The position numbers and the translations under genes were made by a program. Under the pieces are notes generated by a model. It saw only the letters and a list, made by a program, of their open reading frames with translations. It did no database searches and was not told the origin of the DNA. Below are positions 37,383 to 51,085 of a DNA stretch of 64,000 bases, one piece after another. The stretch is from Octopus vulgaris (Eukaryota). The DNA lies in NCBI GenBank assembly GCA_951406725.2, contig OX597819.1, positions 25,048,001 to 25,112,000 on the forward strand, read 5' to 3'. The number at the start of each line of letters is the position of its first letter. Within the stretch, counting starts at the first letter, position 1.

Positions 37383-38894
37383 ACATATATATATATATAT
37401 ATGTGAAAATCAATGTTGCTGTCAGCTGTATGCAAACACGTTTATTATTGGTTAACTCACCCTGACTGCACAAAAACTTTTATCAAAAATATTCCAGCCT
37501 TGACCATCAATCTAGTCTTTTTAAATGCCCAAGGCTACATTATCTAATGCATTCTTCCTTTTATTAAAATGATGTGGTGTATGACCTGTGAAATATTTGG
37601 CTATTATTTCTAGTAGGCCAGGCGGGCGACTGCACATAGGCTCCTCACATAAATCATGACCCTGTACATAGGTAGTAGCTGGAAGTGGAATGATTCAGCT
37701 TCTTGATTTGAAGTCCCTTTACTGTTCATCGTGTTCTTCAAGTAGATACTCTCCACCCCCTCAATTATCTGATTTTCCCCCTATGCCATCCATCTCATCT
37801 CCTCATGCACAAGTAGTTGTAGTGGATGAAGTAGTTTCAAAGTTAGGACCTTATCAATAATCTTGATATGGCCATGTCAAGCTGCAGCAGTCTTATAATA
37901 GCTTCTTAATTGGCAATGATAATGAGGCAATGCTAAGGAAGGTGACCATCAGGATATAGATGCTAATAGTGATAATGGTAATGATGCTGTTGTTGGTGGT
38001 GGTGATGATGATGATGGTGGTGGTGCTGCTGGTTACAGTAATGATGATGGGGGGAAAAAACTATTTACTCATAAAAATTCTTGAATGATTGAGAGAATAG
38101 TAGTGATTTGGGGGTTCTGTGTCAGTCTGGTAATATTTCAATTTCTGATATGTCCTATCCATCGCAGCACCTTTTTGGAATGTTTTGTATTTTATTTCGC
38201 TCATTTTTCATCTCCTGTCTCTTGTTGAAGGATCACAGTCTGAAATGTTAAATTACCCTCTGTTTCTTCCTTTCAGTGTAAAACTTGTAACTTCTATCCT
38301 TTTTGTGTTTTTTGGTTTCTGAAATATTTTTGAATGGTGGTAGTGGAATGTAGATATTTAAAGCAATATTCATGAACATGGATGTATACATGTGTTTTCT
38401 TTACTCAGAATTTAACAAAATATAAATAATAATAATAAATAAAAAAATACATCTTACCATAAAAGTACTGAGGCTAGAAGTTACTGTAATGGGAATACAT
38501 AGAAAACACAAGGAATTTCACAAGGCACTTGGAATAAAATATTCAATGTTATTTTTTGTGTAGAGTCTAGGGATTGAGATGCCTGTGTTGTGAGTGAGTG
38601 AGAAGGCTGAGATAGGAGTACAACATTATATTTGTATACAGGTATGTTGTGGCATGAGAATTCTTAAGAGCGTAAACTATCAGTAAAAAGCAATCCTCTC
38701 TCCTTCTCCCCCCCTCTCTCTCACACACAACCACACTTGGAACAAAATGATGGGTTAGAGGTTTAAAAGCAAACATAAAAAAGGTTTCTTTCTAATCAAT
38801 GGAACAATCTATGTATGAATAAAATATTCAATAATGTTTGGAATTTAAAAGGTACCCTGTTCCATGTTTAGATGACAATGAACAATCTGTTTTT

Positions 38895-38918
38895 TATATA
38901 TATGTGTGTGTATATGTG

Positions 38919-38963
<45 letters not shown>

Positions 38964-39160
38964 ATATATATGTGTGTGTATATGTATGTATATTTGTATA
39001 TATATGTGTGTGTATATGTATGTATATTTGTATATATATGTGTGTGTATATGTATGTATATTTGTATATAAATATGTGTGTGTATATGTATGTATACTTG
39101 TATATATTTATGTGTGTGTGTGTATGTATATCTATGTAAGTATGTATGTATATTTATTAT
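38895..39160. repeat. (TA)n plus a TTTGTATATATATGTGTGTGTATATGTATGTA minisatellite of about 32 bp
   Basis: Four to five tandem units. Confidence 0.9.
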
Positions 39161-39242
39161 GAATAAACAAATAGATAGTTATATCCAATTATGAATTTGT
39201 GCATGCATGTGTTTCACACACACAAGCATACACACTCATACA

Positions 39243-39285
<43 letters not shown>

Positions 39286-39756
39286 GCATACACACTCTTA
39301 CACACACACACACACACACACTGTATCTTGATTATTGAAAGCATGCTGAGATATTATATCTATAGTAAAATACATATTTACATCTACTGCTCTTTTTCTT
39401 TTTTTCGTCAATACATTTCTACAAATTGTTGGGTATCCTTGGCAAATTTTGTAATTGGTACACTCGGTTCCTTTGAACCTAAAATCGGTTATGATTCTTG
39501 TCTTTTGTATTTTCTTGCTGTCTTTTACACAGTTAAGTGTATGCGTTATGTATAGGCATAAAGACATGTATAGATATGTCTGTGTATTTATATATATAAA
39601 TGTATACATGTGAATGAATATGTATGTGTGCATGTAAATATATGTGTGTTTGTGTGTATATATTATATCATAATATTTAGAGATATTGTGTATGTATGTA
39701 TGTATGTATGTATGTATGTATGTATGTATGTATGTATGTATGTATGTATGTATATA

Positions 39757-39968
39757 TGAAGTGGGTGCTGAAAAGTTTCTGGCTTTAAGGGTATTGTGAA
39801 AGGCCTGGTCAGAGGCCTAACTTTCTGAGTTCTTTTACAGGGCTTAGAAAAACTGAAGGACTGCTGCAGTAAGTGTGTGATTCAGAGGGGGGGAATATGT
39901 TAAATAAAATCATAATAAACTGTTCCTCCTAATTTTTATTTAGCCAGGAATTTTTCTGTCACCTCTCA
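39757..39968 (+). mobile_element. Mariner-like internal-deletion derivative
   Basis: TA-flanked with imperfect terminal inverted repeats (GGTGCTGAAAAGTTTCTGGCT / AGCCAGGAATTTTTCTGTCACC). It retains a mariner C-terminus-like GLEKLKDCCSKCVIQRG-(frameshift)-EYVK*. Confidence 0.75.
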
Positions 39969-39990
39969 TATATATATATATATATATATA

Positions 39991-40029
<39 letters not shown>

Positions 40030-40071
40030 CAAAGTGGAGTTGTAAGGTACCGCACGAGTGGAATTATATAA

Positions 40072-40157
40072 GAAAGAAGGTTTGAAAATGCAATTTTAAA
40101 AGATGTTTATTCACTTTAAATAAACATTTTTAAAATTGCATTTTCAAACCTTCTTTC
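40072..40157. repeat. Near-perfect 39-bp-arm hairpin in (TA)n
   Basis: GAAAGAAGGTTTGAAAATGCAATTTTAAAA(G)ATGTTTATT and its reverse complement, with one bulge. Confidence 0.9.
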
Positions 40158-40419
40158 GTATATATATATATATATATACATACATACATACATATATATG
40201 TGTAGATATAAGCACAGGTCGGTTAAGAAGTTTACTTGCTTGACAAACCATGTGATTTTGGGTCATTCAGTGTGTGGCATGTTGGGCAAATGTTGACCAA
40301 TGCCTTGTGAGTGAAATTTAGATAGAAAATGTATGAAAGCCTTTTATATATATGTACGCTTCTGTGTGTGTGTGTGTGCGTGTGCACGCACATGTGACAT
40401 GACTTGGAAAGCATGACTA

Positions 40420-40641
40420 GGGGACAAACACAGACACACAAACTCATACACACACACATATATATAGATACATATATACGACAGGCTTCTTTCAGTTTCC
40501 GTCTACCAAATCCACTCACAAGGCATTGGTCGGCCTGGGGATATAACAGAAGACACTTGCCCAAGATGCCACGCTGTGGGACTGAACCCAGAACCATGTG
40601 GTTGGTTAGCAAGCTACTTATCACACAGCCACTCCTGCGCC
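40420..40641 (-). mobile_element. SINE type A, 5' half
   Basis: Head through the microsatellite; the tail is absent. Confidence 0.85.
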
Positions 40642-41486
40642 TATTGTCATTAACATTGCCTGAGCAAAAAACCCTAATGTTGTCTATATTCTTCTATAAA
40701 ATGTCCCCATAGTTGATGTCATGTAATGTGACTGAACCCTAAGCCATGTTGTTGCAGAGTGAATTTCTTAACTGCATGGCTACAGTAGCACCCCTAAATA
40801 TATTTGGATAAACATACAGATAGATATACACACACATATTTACATAATAGCCATCCCCCCACACACACACACAAACTGAAATTAAACTGAGCAAAAAAAA
40901 AAAAAAAAGAAGGAAAGGGAAAAATTATCTGGTTTAATTTCAATCGTTTTGAATATGAACAAATTTATGGGAAGATTAAAAGCTGTAGTAAAACATATGT
41001 ATATGTGTCCAAACTATTAATTCTGTACAGGATCACATGCCTGGCGTTTCTGCCTACCATTTAATTGCATGTTTTATTTGAGTCTTGCTGGTCTTCTGGC
41101 ATTTGACTCTTAACTGATGGTAATTAGGTAATAAATAGAAGGTAAAGGAAGAGCTGAATAATAATAATAATGATAATAATAATAATAATAATAACAATAA
41201 TAATAATAATAATAATAATAATGCCAATGGAGAACTCTTGGGTTTGGGGTAGAAAGAGACTGTTGAAAAAAAAATTGTAACTTAAGTGTGCATATGTGTG
41301 TAGGATATAGTGAATAAGGTGGAGAGAGGGAGAAAGAAGAGAAGGGGATTGAAAGTAAAGGCAGGAAAACTAAAGGGGAAAATAGAGAGAGAAAGGAAGC
41401 TGCTGATAAACACAGAGATATTGAAAGGAAGAGAGATGAGGGGACAGAAAAATTAAATTTACATGTAATGTATGTGGTGAGAAAGT

Positions 41487-41529
<43 letters not shown>

Positions 41530-41709
41530 TTATTTATTTATACAAATGCTTATACATACAATGGGTTTCATTTATTTTTTGTGTACTAAATCCTCTCATT
41601 TTGGTCAGTCTGGGAATAGAGTAGAAAACAGTTGCGAAGGTGTCATACAGTGAAACTGAACCCCCAAACCAAGTTATTCGGAAATGAACTTCTTAACTAC
41701 ATTACCATG

Positions 41710-41776
<67 letters not shown>

Positions 41777-43192
41777 ATGCACATAGATTCACGTGTGCAA
41801 TGCTGGAACATTTGTTTTCAGCATAAAGTTGGAAAGTGGAACCCCCTTCATTGTATCCTTTAGAAATAAAGTGATGTGTTTAGCCTCAGGAGGCCTAACA
41901 CATAACTTATTGAAGAGTTTGAATTCAATAAATTTATTTCTAAAATTTCAATGGCTGTCTGTTTCAGAAATAATCAATTTAGTGAAAAGTAGGAGAAAAG
42001 TGAGGTATGTTGGTGTGCTGTAAGGAGGAAGAATGTTTAAATTTTTGAAGATGATTTGTTCACAATCCTTATTTTTTATTATCACTGAAAATATCTGTCC
42101 TGGTTGTCTGTTTATCCATTCACACATCTATCTACTTATATATCCTTCTATTCATTTGTATTCCAGCACATTTTCGTATCTGTCTGTGCACTCTTTTGTC
42201 TGTCTGTCTGTCAGCACCCTTGTGTCTGTCATGAGGCGTTCTGTTTAACTTTCTCTTTTACCTGTCTTTGTGCCCTTCTGTTTGTGTGTCTGTACACTCT
42301 ATGCCTACCTCAGTGCCATTCTGTTTGTCTGTGTACTCTTGTGACTGCCTCTGCATCTTCAATGCATTCAAAACCTTCTGGTTTTCATATAATGCAGATA
42401 ACAAAAGGGATAATACAATAGCATCTTAACTAAACTCCCTTTATATCCTAAACAATCTACATCAACACATACATAGCTCATTAAGCCAACTATGAAAACT
42501 TTTCCCCAGACATCATATTCTGATCTACATACCTAGCTATCACAATTTCTTGGCAAATATTCCCTAACTGTCCTTAGACCACCCACCAGTTATTCTCACC
42601 ACACACTAAGGTAACAGAATGGTACAATCATTAGAATGGTGAGAAAAAAATGCTTTGTAGCTATTTATCTGACTCTTTACATTACAAATTCAAATTTTGC
42701 CTAGGTCAACTTTGCCTTTCATATTTCTGGGATCAATAAAATAAAGTATCAATTGAATACTAGCATTGTTGGTATCAATGTTGGAATCAACTCTCTTCAA
42801 AATTGTTGTTTTTGTGCCTAACCTTGAAACACAATGCACTTGCATATAAATGAGTATGAGGAATGTAAAAAATATTTTTACATACTTCAAAAATGTACAT
42901 TAGAATAAGTTTCAACAAGAAACATTAACAAAGTTCTTTGAATTTAACTACACCACAATGACTAACTTAAATACTGCAATCTACAAATTCAGCAAGACAT
43001 CTTCCACAAAGCAATATGAAAAATACAACCCCACCTACAATGATTTGAGATTATTTTGGAATATTAAGGTTTCTGTGTTCAAATAGAAAAAATATTTCTT
43101 GATTTATAGCTTGGTGAATGTTGCGTCGTCACCATAATCTCATCATTCCAATGTTCACTTTTCCATGCTTGTATGCGTTGGACTGAATTTAA

Positions 43193-43413
43193 CCCTTTAG
43201 TGTTCACATTATTCTGCCAAAATTAATGCTTTTTCATCCACATTGTTTTGAACTAATCAGGCATTATCTTGGTGCTATGAGATTTTGATGAGGTAGCTGT
43301 TAATTTTTGAAACGATATTGTAGGGTTGGTGTGAGAGACCAGATCTGACCAGTTTGAACATAAAACAGGCAGAATACTTTTGGCCGGATATGGCCAGTTT
43401 AAATGCTAAAGGG
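43193..43413. mobile_element. piggyBac-like MITE
   Basis: TTAA|CCCTTTAGTGTTCA...TAAATGCTAAAGGG|TTAA. Confidence 0.85.
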
Positions 43414-43922
43414 TTAATGAGTTTTTTTTACAATCAGTCACCAACCCTCACCACTTTCTAAGTACTTCCCCATGACCTGACATATCTTCACGGATCAGAA
43501 AGGAAAGACTCTGCTTGCATGAGAGTGAGACTTGTTTACAATCATCATGTCAAGGCAAGAAAACAGTAACTCAAATACACACTCATACATACACACACAC
43601 CATGGGCTTTTTTCAGCTTTTGCCAACATAACCCTGCCTCAACTTTTTGGTCTGCCCAGGGATTGTACCTGAAACCATGTGGTTGGGAATCAAGCTTCTT
43701 ACCACACAGCCACACTTCCATCTGTATTCTTCCTTCATCCACAAAGATACTCTTTAAGTCATTAATATCTAAACTATTGTTAAATTGTATTCCAGATGCC
43801 AGCTGAATAATATGGAAGTTAGTTAACTAAATCTCTCAGAATCCTTAAATTTCAAACTTTATTGAAACATATAAACAGTATATTTCATTAAAAATACTTC
43901 TGCAAAAGGGTTACCATTTCAT

Positions 43923-44141
43923 CTCTTTTACTCTTTTACTTGTTTCAGTCATTTGACTGCGGCCATGCTGGAGCACCGCCTTTAATCGAGCAACTCGACC
44001 CCGGGACTTATTCTTTTGTAAGCCCAGTACTTATTCTATCGGTCTCTTTTGCCGAACCGCTAAGTAACGGGGACATAAACACACCAGCATCGGTTGTCAA
44101 GCAATGCTAGGGGGACAAACACAGACACACAAACACACACA

Positions 44142-44182
<41 letters not shown>

Positions 44183-44340
44183 GACGGGCTTCTTTCAGTT
44201 TCCGTCTACCAAATCCACTCACAAGGCATTGGTTGGCCCGGGGATATAGCAGAAGACACTTGCCCAAGATGCCACACAGTGGGACTGAACCCGGAACCAT
44301 GTGGTTGGTTAGCAAGCTACTTACCACACAGCCACTCCTG
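43923..44340 (-). mobile_element. SINE type A, full length
   Basis: Reverse complement of type A. Confidence 0.9.
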
Positions 44341-44454
44341 ACATCAGTTATAGCTTTCTGTATATGTATTAATCTGTATTTGAAGATAATTAACTGAAAG
44401 AGAAAAGTTCACGAAAGTATTGTTGTTATTCATACTGAAATCTTCCAGAAAGAA

Positions 44455-44495
44455 TCTACGTCACGTTTGATTGGAAACGGTTATGGCAACATAGT
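44455..44495. promoter_or_regulatory. Candidate promoter motif cluster
   Basis: ACGTCACGT (CRE/ATF-like, 44458-44466), ATTGG (reverse CCAAT, 44470-44474) and GGTTATGGCAAC (RFX X-box-like, 44479-44490) lie within 35 bp of non-repetitive DNA. Confidence 0.3.
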
Positions 44496-45115
44496 TTTGT
44501 TTCAGCTGAGCTAATCCTCCTTATTATACGTTGAAAGTATTTAACAACATTTCTTCTGGAGAATACATCGACATTATAATATTCAACATTAAACTAACAA
44601 ACCATAGATTAAAAGCAAATTCTTTCACCAAGCTCCATTCCATTATATTGGAGAAATATTTTATGTTAGTTTACTCATCTCTACCCTGCCCACCAACCCA
44701 CAGCAAGAAAGTTGTTAGATCTCCAGAAAGAAGTGTAGACATTTATAGGTGATTAGGAGCTGAAAGAAAACATTCACTCTAACGATTAGGACCTCAGAGG
44801 AAGAAAAACTGCCCCATAAAATAACAAGAAAGAAAAGTAAATATAAAACTAAGAAAATGATAAATGATAAATGAAACAGTTTGAAAATTGTACCTATGTT
44901 TTAAGGAGTTAGATGTTTCTTTTATCAATGTTAATAACTGTGAAATATTTTATTTATTTATTTCTACCTTCTTTATATTATTTCTTACACACTCTCCAAC
45001 ATTATCAATACTCTTCCTCACATACACTCTCTCACTACACACATGCACACACACATATGTGCATATATATTCATTCACGCAGAAATACATACAAATGTGT
45101 GTGTATGTATATGTT

Positions 45116-45180
<65 letters not shown>

Positions 45181-45460
45181 ATATATATATATATATATGT
45201 ATGTGTGTATATATATATATATATATACAGAGAGAGAGAGTCTGTGTGTGTTCTGTCTCTGTTATTCGCTCTCTCTCTCTTTCTAACATTTTCTTGTCTT
45301 TATCATCAGTACCATAAACTTCTTTTTCATTTACTTGGCTGAGACAGGGGGGAGCAACCATGATCTTTGACACCTCTCTTTCCCTCTCAGGCCAGTGAAA
45401 TCGATGTTGTTCACGTTGAGTTTGAACTTTTGTAGCTTGATGATATTTGTAGATAATACT

Positions 45461-45495
<35 letters not shown>

Positions 45496-46736
45496 CTGTG
45501 TGTGTGTGTGCATCTGTGTGTATGCATGCATATATGTGTTGTGGTTAGTGGAAAGTATGATGGCCAGAAAATATGCTGGTTGTAACAGTGAGAAGCGATG
45601 CTTAGGGAAATCATGTTGGTTAAGGAGCGGTGTGTTGGAAGTCTCTCTTCTAAGTTAATTGAGACCTTTTTTTTTTAATGTTGCAGAAACCTCAGCTGTC
45701 ATTTATAAAGTAATGAAGTTGGATGACTGTGTAAAGCACCAGTAATATCTGAACTATGTAGACACTTTATCTGGTAGAAATAGCAACCAAGTCTTCCTCA
45801 AATCATACCTTGCTATTTTAGAAACAGATTAATACATTGGACAATCTAGTCCTAGATATTCAGAAATACTGAATGGTTACAAGAGAAACACCTGGGATGA
45901 TAGACCTGCTCTGTTGGTGCTCACCTGTTGTATGAACATGAATTACAATAATTATAACATGAATTACAATAACTATAACAGAATATTTTGCATCAGTTTC
46001 ATAGATGTATAAGATTGATTAATTAACTAGTATGTATCTCATACTTGTTTTATTGTCCCTGGCAGAGAATAGTAGTTGCTGTTGGGATTTGAACATAAAA
46101 AGAAATTAGTAAATACTGAATAACATTTAGTACGTTATTTGTTTGTTTCAGCCACTCTATTGTCTTAATAATAGTGATGATGATGATGATGATGATTATG
46201 TCTACCATAACCACAATGTTAAACACTTTGGGGAATCAGTAAATGTCACTTTAAATTGATGCCATCACTTGGTTATGTACTTATTATCAACCTGGGCAAG
46301 ATTAAATGCAAAGGTGACCTCAATGAGATGTGAGGAGAGAACATAAAGTGATGTAACTTAATACTACAAACTATTTTGTTCAGTACCCTATTGAGCCCAT
46401 CATCGCTGCTAATGAATCTGTTATTTACCACCCAAAATAATCTGTCACTTAGCGCAATAATAATAATAATAGCAATTGCTTTTTATATTCAGGCTCAAGA
46501 CCAGTAAGTAAATTTTAAGAGAATTGGTTTACACTATACCATTCACCACAGTAGATGACTGGTTCTTTATTTCAACAGCCTTGAAAAGATGAAAAGCAAA
46601 GTTGACCTCAGCAGTATTTGAAATCAATAATAATAATAATGAATTGTCATAGAGGGCAATTGTGAAAATGTAGGGGAAGCTTTTTAATCCACTCAATGTG
46701 CTACAACCTGTCTAGTGCTGGAGTTGCAATGATAAA

Positions 46737-47124
46737 GTGGAGGCGCAATGGCTCAGTGGTTAGGGCAGCAGACTCGCGGTCATAGGATCGCGGTTTCGAT
46801 TCCCAGACCGGGCGTTGTGAGTATTTATTGAGCGAAAACACCTAAAGCTCCACGAGGCTCTGGCAGGGGATGGTGGTGATCCCTGCTGTACTCTTTCACC
46901 ACAACTTTCTCTCACTCTTACTTCCTGTTTCTGTTGTACCTGTATTTCAAAGGGCCGGCCTTGTCACTCTCTGTGTCATGCTGAATATCCCCGAGAACTA
47001 TGTTAAAGGTACACGTGTCTGTGGAGTGCTCAGCCACTTACACGTTAATTTCACGAGCAGGCTGTTCCGTTGGTTCGGATCAACCAGAACCCTCATCGTC
47101 GTAACCGATGGAGTGCTTCCACAC
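46737..47124 (+). mobile_element. SINE type B with 11-bp TSD
   Basis: TSD GCAATGATAAA at 46726-46736 and 47125-47135. Confidence 0.92.
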
Positions 47125-48029
47125 GCAATGATAAAATACATTTAGTCAACTGGTTAAAGTGGTTGGAACCAAGAAAAGTATTCAGCCATAGAGACCATAT
47201 CAAAACTTGGACCCTGCAAATCACATCATGCCGTAACCGTTTAGGCGGGTAGTAATTCCAAATAAGGAGTGACACACAATGGAAATGTGTCAGTGTTGCT
47301 TCTTACATAAGACAACTGGTTTCTATAGTCAATGGCCTGATAAGATGTACACTGTAAAATTGTTGTCAATAGGAAAGGAATTCAGGTTTGGATAATAGGC
47401 CAAAATGGAACATTTAAGTGAGATGTGGAGACTGAAAGCTGCTTTGTAGGCAACTGTCTAGAAGGACAGTAACTCTGAGTAAGTTAGAGAGGACTCTTTA
47501 GTCTTATTCACTTGTAACTATTTTTTATGCCAGTAGAATGACAGAATGCATCCAGTCAAATCTACAAGATATTCACGACACCAAATGTGTATACAAGATG
47601 ATGTGGACTATGACAACCCACTTAACCCATGCCAATATGGTAGAAAACATACAGTGAAGATGATGATGATGATATTGATAATTTTGAGGAAGTTTCAGTG
47701 CAGTTTGTACAAAAGGGAGGTCAAATACCTAGTATTAATTCTAGGATGTTACTAGCCATTTTATGAACTTGTCTGATGTTTGAATTCAAATTGTAGGATG
47801 GCAGAACTTAATCATATAAATCATTTAGTTTGGCGCTTAAACTGTTTATTTCACTTCAGTTTGTCATTACTTGTCATTGTTTACAGTTATTGGTGAAAGC
47901 ATCTGGAGAGTTTGGATAAAATGGTCTTTGAATCCATTTACATTCTGTTTGAAACCCCATTGGGAGCCATTTTTTTTTTTTTTTTTTGCATCCTTGACCG
48001 TTTTTGAACTCAGAATGTAAAATGTTGAA

Positions 48030-48313
48030 GATATTTTCCTCAACAGGCCCTGCCCTATTTAACATTGTCTCGAAGGAGATCAAAGAGGAAAAGGATCCCA
48101 TCAACTTTAAACAGAGTCTGGATAGATTCCTTCAAAGAATACCAGATAAGCCACCCATAATTGGATACAACTCACCCAACAAGAACTCACTACTTGAACA
48201 AAACTTGCCTTAAACAGGATTCGCATAATCCTATCAGGTGGTGCTATTAAGTTAGACATGGCCTGGACCAATCTTTGGTCGAAACATATCTAAGTTTATC
48301 TAAGTTTAAGTTT
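48030..48313 (+). mobile_element. 5'-truncated LINE 3' end (CR1/Jockey-like ORF2 C-terminus plus 3'UTR)
   Basis: FSSTGPALFNIVSKEIKEEKDPINFKQSLDRFLQRIPDKPP...NSLL matches the GPxLFN/FKxxLDxFLxxIPDxP pattern. It ends in short TAAGTT repeats. Confidence 0.75.
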
Positions 48314-48957
48314 ATACTGCAAAGCATTTTTTAGCTCTGATCTAACAATTCTGCTAATCCATCAACTTGATGATAATAAATACCTCACATTAACATAAGT
48401 TCTGAAGTTTTTTTTTAAGGATGTAAACAGTGATTAAATCAACCCCAGTACTTGACTGGTACTCTATTTTAGCTATCCTGGAGCGATGAAGTGAAGTCGA
48501 CTTTGTTAAGACAAGTTCAGATGTCACTATATGCCTGGTACTTAGTTTATAAATTCTAGAATGAAGAACGTCTTCATAGTTGCATAAAAAAGTTTAGAAC
48601 TATGAACATCACTAATATCAATTTCACCTTCCTTGAAAATCCAAGGCTTCATTGCCTACATAAGCTTATGTTAGAAATATAATAGGGAGAGGGGTGGGTA
48701 ATTGAGTAACATAGACCCTAAGCGTGTGTGCATGTGTGTGTGTGTGTGAGCATGATTACAAATATGGATGCTTATAAATGAAGGTGAGAGAGTGAAGAGA
48801 AATGTTAGTGTGTAGAAAAAGAAGAAAAGTTGTTAGGGAAGAAAAGTATAAGTTTATTGGAGAGGAAGAGGTGGGGGTTATTGGATTAAGCAGTTATTGC
48901 AAGCACACACATACACATGCATACATGCATACACGGAATGAGAGAATGATAAGCTAT

Positions 48958-48992
<35 letters not shown>

Positions 48993-50167
48993 AAGAAGGA
49001 GAGATCAAACAATCACTTGATGAAGAAGGGACAGGGAGTGATAGGTTATTTGATGAAAAGAGAGGTAAGGTTTTGTAGTAGAGAGAACATTTTTGCATTG
49101 GAAGTAGAGAAGGTTTATTGAGATGGTGGGGTTGAGAGAATGGATAGCTTATTGACTTGTACAGAGAAGCGAAAAGAGCTGATGATGTCTTATTGTAAGG
49201 AGAAAGAGAAGGGAAGCAAATGGAAAATTTTTTGGATTGGATATAGTGTTTAGAGTGTAAGAGATAGGTTGGTGGAAGAGAGAGAGAGAGAGAGAGAGAG
49301 CATACATTGTATTGAATGGAAAGAAAGTGTAAAAGTTGAATTGGGGAATATAAAGGAATGGGAAGAAAGCAATGTGGGTGTTAGGTAACAGAGAGAGAGA
49401 GAGAGAGAGAGAGAAACTGTGTTTGTATTTGCATGTTCTCAGCTGTGTGAGTTATGTATACATATGTCATCTGTGTGTATAAGACTTTGGGTTTATGTAC
49501 TTGTTTGAAGAGATTGGATACAGAAAGGGAGAGAGAGAGAGAGATAAGTGGGTGGATCAAGCAAGCAGTTATTAGGCAATTTAAGAGATGGAGAGGAGGA
49601 GGAGGGGGAAATGGGAGTGGGGGGCAATATACAGGTAACTGTTGGTGGAAGAGGTGATAGATGATCAAAACTAAATAGATACCTCCTCCTCCTCCTCCTC
49701 CTCTTCATTCTCCTCCTCTCCCAAATAGGAGGAAGAGGAGGAGGGAACTGATCGAAGAAGGAAATATGAATATAATTTTAATACATCTTTGAGGCATTTC
49801 TCTTTTCCTCTCCTCCTACTCCTCTGCCTTTCACTCATTTTTATTCTCCACCATTTTCTTAATTCTCTTATTTTTTCTCCTTTTTCTTCTGTTTTTTTCT
49901 TTTCCTTTCTTTTTTCTATCTTTATACTTCTCTTTCTTTTTCTCCTCCTTATTTCTTTTCTTTTCTTTTTTTTCTTCATCACCATTTTATATTTGTTTTA
50001 TATTTTTTTACTATTATATATTCTGTTTATATTTGTGTTTTATTTATTGACTTTTGATTATTATTCCAGATTTTCTTTCTGTTTCCATGTATTTTTTTTT
50101 CTTCTTTGTTTTAGTTAGTTAGTTTGTTTGTTTGTTTGTTTATTTGCTTATTTGTTTGTGTTCTCAG

Positions 50168-50940
50168 TTCAAATGTTATCTCTGGATGTGTTTCAGCTGC
50201 AGTCAAATCCAGGCAAATCGATGGGGTTTACAGAACTTGGCCGCCGATGCAAGAAGAAAGAATTACATCCTGGCCCTCAGCATCTTTACCACTATCACCA
50301 ACGCTACCAACGAACAACAGTAATACCAACAACAACAACAACAACAATAAATAATTAATCAAAACTCAAAGAAAAGACAAATGCATTTTCTTTCCAAGAC
50401 GCAACTTACCATTGCAACTACAGAGGATTGTACCATTACTGCTATTCAGGAATAATAATATATTATTAAATATATATATATATAATATATATTGCATTTA
50501 TATATATTATATTTATACATGCAATATACTTTTGTGATTGAGTTGAAACACTTGAATTAGGATCACCATTGGATACCAAATTATACATCTACTAAAGAAA
50601 CACCCCACTAGTTCCATTTTTTTGGAATCTGTTTGAGCCAAATATAATTCTCCACTTTCCTTGTCTTTTTTTTTTTTCATCCATATTTGGTCTTTTATTT
50701 ATTTGATTGTTTGTTTACTTTTTGTAATTAAACAAAAAGTTGTTGCCACCAGTCCAGCCTATCACTATCCTGTACTATCTATAACTACTGTCCAATGCAG
50801 TCTGAGCCATAATATTACTAAAAAGAGGGTAGTGCTTTTCAAGTAAGAATTTCAACCACCACCATCACCACCACCACCACTATCACCGCCAAGGTATTGA
50901 GTTAACGGAGGAGAAATGTCTGTAAAATTACCTGTCGACG
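50168..50940 (+). other. Putative 5'UTR part of the signal-peptide exon
   Basis: A long T/C-rich tract (about 49790-50160) ends in TTCTCAG at 50167, with an alternative TTTCAG at 50196. Sequence without recognisable transposon fragments runs from there to the ATG. Confidence 0.4.
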
Positions 50941-51085
50941 ATGCTTAGTCTACTAGTAAAGAGCCGGACACGACTGTCACCTATGAAATTACAACTTCAC
51001 TTGGCTCTCATTCTGTTCACTTTCACATTTCTACACACAGTGACTAGTTACTCTCCAGGGGATTATCGCTATATTTCTTATGATG
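50941..51085 (+). CDS. First coding exon (signal peptide plus start of mature protein) of a secreted or membrane protein, probably semaphorin-5-like
   Basis: ATG at 50941, with an in-frame alternative ATG at 50983. It encodes MLSLLVKSRTRLSPMKLQLHLALILFTFTFLHTVTSYSPGDYRYISYD: a hydrophobic core, a VTS/Y-like cleavage site, then a G|GTAAGT donor at 51085/51086 (phase 1). DYRYISYD resembles the N-terminus I recall for invertebrate Sema-5c (DFRYISYQD). The family call rests on about 8 residues. No downstream exon found in the window. Confidence 0.7.
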
